64,000 nt of DNA from the human T2T-CHM13v2.0 reference genome, Homo sapiens: assembly GCF_009914755.1 (NCBI RefSeq), contig NC_060926.1; one strand, written 5' to 3'. Position numbers and translations under genes: made by a program. Shown piece by piece: positions 56,560 to 64,000 of the stretch (the first letter of the stretch is position 1; each line of letters starts with the position of its first letter). The notes under the pieces are model-generated. The model ran no database searches, was not told where the DNA came from, and saw only the letters and a list, made by a program, of their open reading frames with translations.

Positions 56560-57075
56560 AGTAATGGACATTGCTGGTTGACTATCCAGCATCTATCCAC
56601 CCCTCCTTCCCTCCCAAGAGAACTCTGATTTTGTTTTTATTCATGGAGCTCAAGGGAGGCCAGTTCTACCTAAAACTCCAAGGATAATCCTACTTCTTTT
56701 GATTGGGATGCTGGTTTGCCCAGTGGAATGCAAAAGGAAGAGTTCTGGGGTATGGAATGGGGTGTTTTTGAGAAAGGTACCCCTCGCTATTGAGAGAGAA
56801 CTATAGGGAGATAAGCTCTATCCTCTTCCTGATGGTGTTGCCATATCCAGATAGGTCACCGAGAGCCACTGTAGCCATTTAAGGGTGAGATTCACACTGA
56901 GAATAATAAAACAGAGAATTAGAAATAACTCAGGCTTCCTGACATCTGTGAGCTGCTGAATCAACCAACCCTGCCCTCCCTTTGACATACTGTAAACTGA
57001 GATCATAAATGCCTATTTTTTTCTCTATTGATCAAGTCTTTTGTTCCTTATAGCCAAAAACATCCAAACTGATGT
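56560..57075 (+). mobile_element. Old MLT1 (J/K-like) LTR
   Basis: Diverged MaLR-like motifs (GAGCTGCTGAATCAACC, TAGCCAAAAACATCC..ACTGAT). Confidence 0.5.
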
Positions 57076-57269
57076 ATAAAGTCCTCCCGTATGGCTTGAT
57101 TTTCTAAAGTACATGCAAGTATTATATTCATTAAAAATACTTAAGATAAAAACATCATATTTAATGTTACAAATTTTACTCTAGGCATACAAAGTCCTAG
57201 CTCTGCATTTCACATCCTTAAAACATTGTGTTTTAAATGATTATCAAGTGGCAACTAAAGTCATTGCAA

Positions 57270-58110
57270 AAATATGTAAAAGTAAAATGAAAGTCTCTGG
57301 TTGTCTCTTGTCTCTGCTACAGGAGTCAATAGCCATTGACATTATGCACCTTTCCAGATACTAGCATGCATAGTTTTTGTGATTATGTATTCTACTAAAA
57401 AAATTAGAGCATACTATAGATACTCATCTACAACTTTCTTTTTCATACTTTATGTCATAGATACACTTTCTTGTCTATGAACACATAGTCAACTTATTCT
57501 TTTTTGTGACTGTACAGAATTCTGCAGATAGGCCACAATTTATTACAGCTGCATATTATTAATGGATATTTAGCTTGCCTCCAATGTTTCACTAATACAA
57601 CAACAAAAATGCTACCAGAACCATTCAGGCACATGATTTTTCATGCAAGTATTTTCTAACATTAATTCCAAGATGTCATATTGCTGGTTCAAAGGATGTC
57701 ATATTGCTGGTTCAAAGGATGTTTTCAGTTGTAATAGACAGAATGGAAAACCTCAACCCCTGAAATGGGTGGTACCATTTTACATGCCCACTAACAATAT
57801 ATGAGTAGCTATTTCCCTGTATCTTTACCAACCACTGATCTTATCGATCTTTTAAAATTTTACTTGATGAAATGGGCAAACATGCTAGTTCACTGTTGTT
57901 TTAATTTGACTTTCTCTAATAATTCCCTCTTCTTTTCATATGTTTATTAGTCATTTATGTATTTTATTTGTATCTCTCCATTATTATGACTTTTCTATTT
58001 AGCTATTAGTCTTTTTCTTGTTATTGTGTAGTTATTTGTCTCTTTGGGATATTCCTTTTATTATATATGATGCAAGTATTTTTTCCCAGGCTATTGTTTG
58101 TTTTAGGTTT
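57270..58110 (-). mobile_element. L1ME-like 3' fragment
   Basis: GTACCATTTTACATGCCCACTAACAATATATGAG and TTCACTGTTGTTTTAATTTG motifs. Confidence 0.65.
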
Positions 58111-58702
58111 TTAACTTATAAGTATTCCAATATTACCCTCCAGGGCTTTAAACACTTGGGTAAGATTATTTATTTGTGTGACCTTTCTCTTTACATTAAA
58201 AATAAATCAAAGCAATACCAAGCTATTGAGCAAATTCATATTGAATGCTTACTCTGTACAGTAATCACAGAAGACACTAAGGCGAAAAGACAATCCTGAT
58301 TGCAAACAGCATCTAGTACAAGAAGCAGATAGACCTATAAAGAAACAATTCTACTCCAGTAAGTTTATAACATAACGTACATTGGGAAAAGGACAGAAAG
58401 AACACCTTAAACTACCTATGGATTATCAGGGAAGAACTCACAGAGAAAAAATAATTTTTATTTCTATGAGTTCTTAACTTTTTATACACATCAATTTGAC
58501 TTGACTGTTGCATTCTTAGTATATACCTGTATTGTATGAATCAAATATAATTCACAACTCCTTCATACACTTTTCTTTTAAAAAATTGTATTCTCAAAAA
58601 TTTTAATAAATTCTTTCAAATCTATGTATCTTATGCCATTAAATTATATATCTTTAAGGAGCAATTGAAGGATGAGTGTTAGGAATGTGAGAAAGATAAT
58701 TC

Positions 58703-59035
58703 CTTTGTTTTCTTTTCTTTCCTTTTTTTTTTTTTTTTTTTTTTTGTTTTTGTTTTCTGTTTTTTGAGATGGATTCTTGCTCTTGTTGCCCAGGCTGGAG
58801 TGCAGTGGCACAATCTCGGCTCATTGCAAGCTCGCCTCCCTGCCATTTTCCTGCCTCAGCCTCCTGAGTAGCTGGGACTACAGGCGCGCAGCACCACACC
58901 CAGCTAATTTTTTGTATTTTTAGTAGAGAGGGGTTTCACCATGTTGGCCAGGATGGTCTGGATCTCTTGACCTCGTGATCCACCCACCTTGGCCTCCCAA
59001 AGTGTTGGGATTACAGGCATGAGCCACCGCACTCA
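58703..59035 (-). mobile_element. AluS/Y-like with a small internal deletion
   Basis: Dimer with a long T-rich tail. Confidence 0.92.
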
Positions 59036-62000
59036 AACTCTTCTGTTTTCTTCAAGCATTCATTCTAATATTTCTACTCTGATTTTTCAATAATCTGAAA
59101 TTTTTTCATATTTACAGAAATATGAAACACCTAGCACCTTTCTAGAAATAATTACATTCAATTTTCAAGACTAATTTATAAATTCATGTGATTATGAAAA
59201 ATAACACTTCTTCCCAATTCCCTACACAGCCTCTTCATCCAAACACACTGACTTTTAAAGAAGGAAACCATGTTAGAATGTTTCTTTTAAATCTTTAAAA
59301 ACTTCCTTTGATCGGCTTCTCCTTTTTTTGACTTTGGCATTTGCCTAGTCTTGCATCATCTATCCCATAGACAACTTAAAATAAAATGGTGAACACACTG
59401 CTTATAATATCTCAGTACCTCTTTCACTGTTTAAGTTATTCAGTAAAATTGGTAGGCTACCTTACTATCAACAAGAAACCATGGGGTCTTGAAATACTTG
59501 TAACATGTCAGTCCAGAGCCCAGTTCTGTTACTATGACCTTTATAGCATCTGCCATTCTTCTCCACTCATTCCTTACTCAGGTCAGTCTTTTATCAGTAT
59601 TTATCTGCAAAACACAAAATTTAGTCTCCAAGCATCTATTACTCCATCCCAATAAAGAAAGGGCATAACCTTTGAATGCCCTGAATTTTCTAATAAAAAA
59701 AAGTCTAAGTGAATTGGCTCTACCTGTAGTTCTAAGCAATCAGAGATTTGTTTCTAAATAGCTCTGGGGGATTTCACCATATGACTGCTGTTAATGGAAA
59801 TTGTTGAGCTAATCTCTCCGTGTGACATTACAAATATTAGCTTCCCATCCAAGTTTGTTTGGAACTTTTCTGTATTTCTTTTACTGTTAGAATAAAAGTT
59901 GTAAATCTGGAAAGGATTTTCAAGATCAATCAATTCAGCCTTCTAATATTACAGATGAATAAATAGGTTTCTAGGCATTGTTACTGACCGTTAAATAGCT
60001 ACATTTGAATAATTTAATCCATTGACTTTACAAACTGATGTGGAATTTAGGGAACATGTTTATAGGAATAATCTACATAAAAGATATGAAGTAGTGAGCA
60101 AAATTGGACCATGACCCAGGTTACTGAATTCAGTGCTTCAAAAATTTTCTTTTACCCTATAAGCATTATTATTAATGGTTGTGTCAATATTTAGAAGTTG
60201 CCCATTTAAAAGATTATATTATGGAGTACATGGTAAGGCTCATCAGAGAAGCCAGCTAAAGGTTCGTTATTATTCATAGGGCTAACATGGTAGAATCATC
60301 TCTCTAGAGTGTTTTTTGGTCATGGCTACCAAAATGTAAAGTCTTAACATTTCAGTAACGTCATAAAAATTAGATTTTACAAGTTTTAGCTGAGTGGGTT
60401 CCTACTGCAGAGGTTATAATAAACTCCTGTTGGATTTTTAGTGAAGTTAAAACAATTCTGAATAGCTTTTGAATAGAAGATGGCCAAGCCACAAGATATG
60501 CAAACAGCCTTGCTTGTATCTGGCATGCCAGTGATTCTCCCGCTCTCGTAACGTTTCAGTACTTCTTAGCCATTTTCAGAAATTAAAATTATTTATAGGT
60601 TCAGTCAGTTTAATTAGAAAAAATGAGATTCCTGTGTTTCTTTTAGGATTTTTTTTTTCATTTTCATTTTTGGTATGGAAGAAATTGGCTTTTTTAAAAA
60701 ACCTTTTAGTAAGTTTTTTATAAATAATATTTTAACACATTACTAGGATTACACAGGCACATGGTGTACTTTGCAAGCTGTTGTTGCCCTTTCAAATGTC
60801 TCCTCGGTGGAGAAGCAGCATTTGGCATTCATTCATGTATGATTCAGGATCTTTTGAGTTTATATTTGTGGTGGCCATAGTGACTTAGGTTTTAGCAAAG
60901 GCCAAACTATTTCAATTGATATCTTTTTTATCTTTGTCTGTTTAGCTTCTATTCCAATTAAGGTAGACTGTTTTGAAAACCAACAGTTTATACAGTTTGT
61001 TTCTTCTCAGGAAGGGGCAAATATGTGACTAAGTAAAAGAAATTCATCAGTATTGGTATTTACATGTTCAAAGCTGAAATTTTCTCAGAAAAGAAGTTCT
61101 TTCTTAATGTATATATTTCTATCTGGAAAATTGCTTTTTCATCAAAAATTTCTTTAAGAAATGAATGACCATGTATTTAGATTCACAAATATTATAATTG
61201 TACATGTGGGAGTTTCTTGTTTTTTTGTTACTTTAGAGGATTTTAATTTCTCTCATTGCCTACAGAACAGATGACTTTCATTTCACCATGTATTGGGTTT
61301 TATTATGGTGGAATGATGATTTAATGATTGCAGCATAACTATTCATGTTATTTTTACTTTGTACCTCCTCAGGAATGTCTCATTAAATGACATCAAAGCC
61401 TGATTCTGCAATTAAAAAAGCGTTTATATTAACTGGATTTTGAAAAGAGAAAAGAACAATAAAACCACCCCCCAATTCTTCAAACAACAAAAGAGGAAAC
61501 ACAGCAACCCCCTTCCCCAAATTTTGGCATTTGTTCACCTCTTTTAACCCTTGCTTTTTTGTAAAATAACTTATGGAGAAATTGTTGTGAGCAAAAGGTC
61601 TTAATTGCAAAAAAAAAAAAAAAATCCTTTTAGGAGTGTTTAAAATAAAATGACAGAGTATATTTATGGAGCCTGGACAATGCATCCTTTTCTCATATTT
61701 TCCAGTTTTGTAATGCCTAAGTACTCGTCTAGAATCTGAATTTAGTAATGCCAATATTGGACTCTTTCACATACATTCTATAGAGTTATTAGTAAACTCA
61801 TGACAACCAACTAACCAACCAGGCAAACAAAAACATATTTAGAAACCCAAGCTGTAAGGCACAGCTCATGCACACACACACAAAATTTCATCCCAAAATA
61901 TGTATGAACTTTGAGGGAACAATCAGCACTCTAAAGCAGCCGAACCCCCTGCACAGTTAGGAATGAGCGGGCTTCTGGCAGTGTCTTTTAAAAAGGCACA

Positions 62001-64000
62001 GAGATTTGCGTATAGACATATTTCTAGTGCATCAATGACAGGTGGCTCTTCCCCATCTAAGCAGGATGGATGGAGGGAGTTAGGTACAATGGCTTATAAT
62101 TTTCAAATACTGTAATTTTTTTTGTAAAGATGGAAACCATTATTTTTTAAAAGCATGTGGTTTCAATAGTGCATATTTGATTTATGACTAAGAATTCTTT
62201 TTCTCCATGCCATATTAGTACCCTCACTTAATTAAATAGTTTTCTTTTTTGAAACTTAGATTGGACAGAAATCTGTTTTACCAAGGTAGTGAATATGGCT
62301 TTGTCAAAATCTCTGTGTGTTTGTGTGTGTGTATGTTGAAATAAGTGCAGAATTGAGATAATGATGTGGACAACTTGGGTTTACAAAACATAAAAAACAT
62401 GGAAAGGTAAGACACTTTCTTTCTTGAATTTGAGGCAAAAATCTCTGTCCTTCCTCTCCACTTGGCAGGCTGAGAAAAAATGTTGGTCTGAACAACTCAG
62501 AGAATCCTTAGTTTCATCTGCACCTCAGTCTTGTCAAAATGACATGGGCGTGTGAGCTTAGTTGGATTTAACTGGATGTGAACCCGAGTACATATTACAA
62601 ATGCAAATCAAGTCTTCATTTTTTTAACCATAAAAGGTATGAACATAAATTCCAAAGCTGATTTTACATGAAATGACGTGGGATAACAATATTACTTCCT
62701 TTTGTGGACCTGTTTCTCCTCCCACAGTACGTAAGACTTCTTTACCTCTCTTGAAGCTTGTCAGTGCAAGCCCATCAACATTTACCTGTATAAACTTATA
62801 ATTAAAAAATATACCCTAATTCTTTAGCAGCTAATTCTATTGAGTATTATTCACCCTTTACAAGAAATCCCTTAAAGATCTAAAGAGTGACAGCCTCATT
62901 AAATTTTCATTGCCCACCTTGATGCTTTTCCATTTTTGGAAGTATCCTCTCACTTTCTCCTTTACATACAGGAGCACAAAAAGAAATTCAAAGGAAGGTA
63001 CCTTGGAAGAAGAACTTCATTAAACAATTATCAAATTAGAAAATTACATGCTTAAATATCACACACATACATAATAAGATGAGATATGCATGTGTTTGCA
63101 TGTTTGTGTGAGGCTATACATATTCTGATATATGTATAAATATGCATAATTTTCTCGTACAACATAATTACAGAAAATTATGTATCTAACCAATTAGTCA
63201 TCAGAACAATTTTCTTCATATTTTCTTTCTCCTTAGCTAAAATGGCCTTGATAATCCTACCTTCACCTTCTGCAGTTACTCTCTCATCCACTGCCCTCCT
63301 CTGACTCTCCCCTACCATGCTTCACATTTTATGCCTTCCTTGCAGTGCCAGCTCCTTCCTCCTGCTCTGATTCTGTTCACTCTTCCACCCTCTTCCCGAG
63401 TCTCAGATACTGGGCAATACTCCAACTGTTTGTGGGTGGACAAAACAATTACATAGAAACTCTAACAGAAACACAGAAGATTCCGTCTGAGGTTGTGAAT
63501 GGTCCTAGACCACGACTGGTTCTTTCCACCTGTTTATCATTCAGTTGCAAAGAGGAGAATATGGCATCACTCTAAGCAGGATTTGGTTGCCAAAGTGTCC
63601 TTCCATGCCAGTCCACTGGCTTACCAAAGGTCCAGTGTAGCCAAAACACTTCCCTTTAGAGCACCACCACAGTCCACAAAAAGGGAGAGACTTCCAGACC
63701 TTGGAGAGACAGCATTAAGGCTAAGCTCAGCCTTGCAAGTGTGTTCTGGAATGCAAAGCAATACTCGGGGAACTCCAGCTCTGTCCCTACAAGCCTGAGC
63801 TCTAAGGAAGGCCATGGGAAATCCCCACCCTCAAGCTTAATGCACTACACTGAAGCTGGCAGGGCCTGCCTCTTCCCCTGCTGCCCCTCTCTCTCTACCC
63901 TGGCTCTCTCTCTACCCTGGCAAGACCTGCCATATCTCATATTCTGTCATCAGCTCTCTGAATAGCTACCTTTAGCCTGTCAGAGTAGATGCTGAAGTAT

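Overview
Primate (human-like) genomic DNA containing one complete protein-coding gene, RND3 (RhoE), on the minus strand. Five coding exons (29799-29650, 29163-29076, 17364-17255, 14143-14009, 12620-12369) join into an intact 244-aa atypical, GTPase-deficient Rho-family protein ending in CAAX motif CTVM. The gene also has a probable non-coding first exon, a TATA/CArG promoter in a CpG island and a ~1.8 kb 3'UTR. The flanks are repeat-rich (about 16 Alus, THE1/MLT1/MLT2 solo LTRs, old L1, L2, MIR, DNA transposons), while ~27 kb around the gene has no Alu. There is no prokaryotic-type system (CRISPR, operon, IS). The most notable signals are: (1) a GC-AG intron holding a candidate poison exon that begins with an in-frame TGA and ends in a perfect GT donor; (2) a weak first AUG followed by a strong second AUG; (3) a short 5'UTR intron with an (AT)n tract next to its acceptor; (4) a local inverted ~200 bp duplication with 10-bp flanking direct repeats inside an old L1; (5) DUX4-motif-bearing LTRs on both sides of the gene. 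Repeat subfamily names come from recalled consensus sequences and repeat boundaries are approximate.
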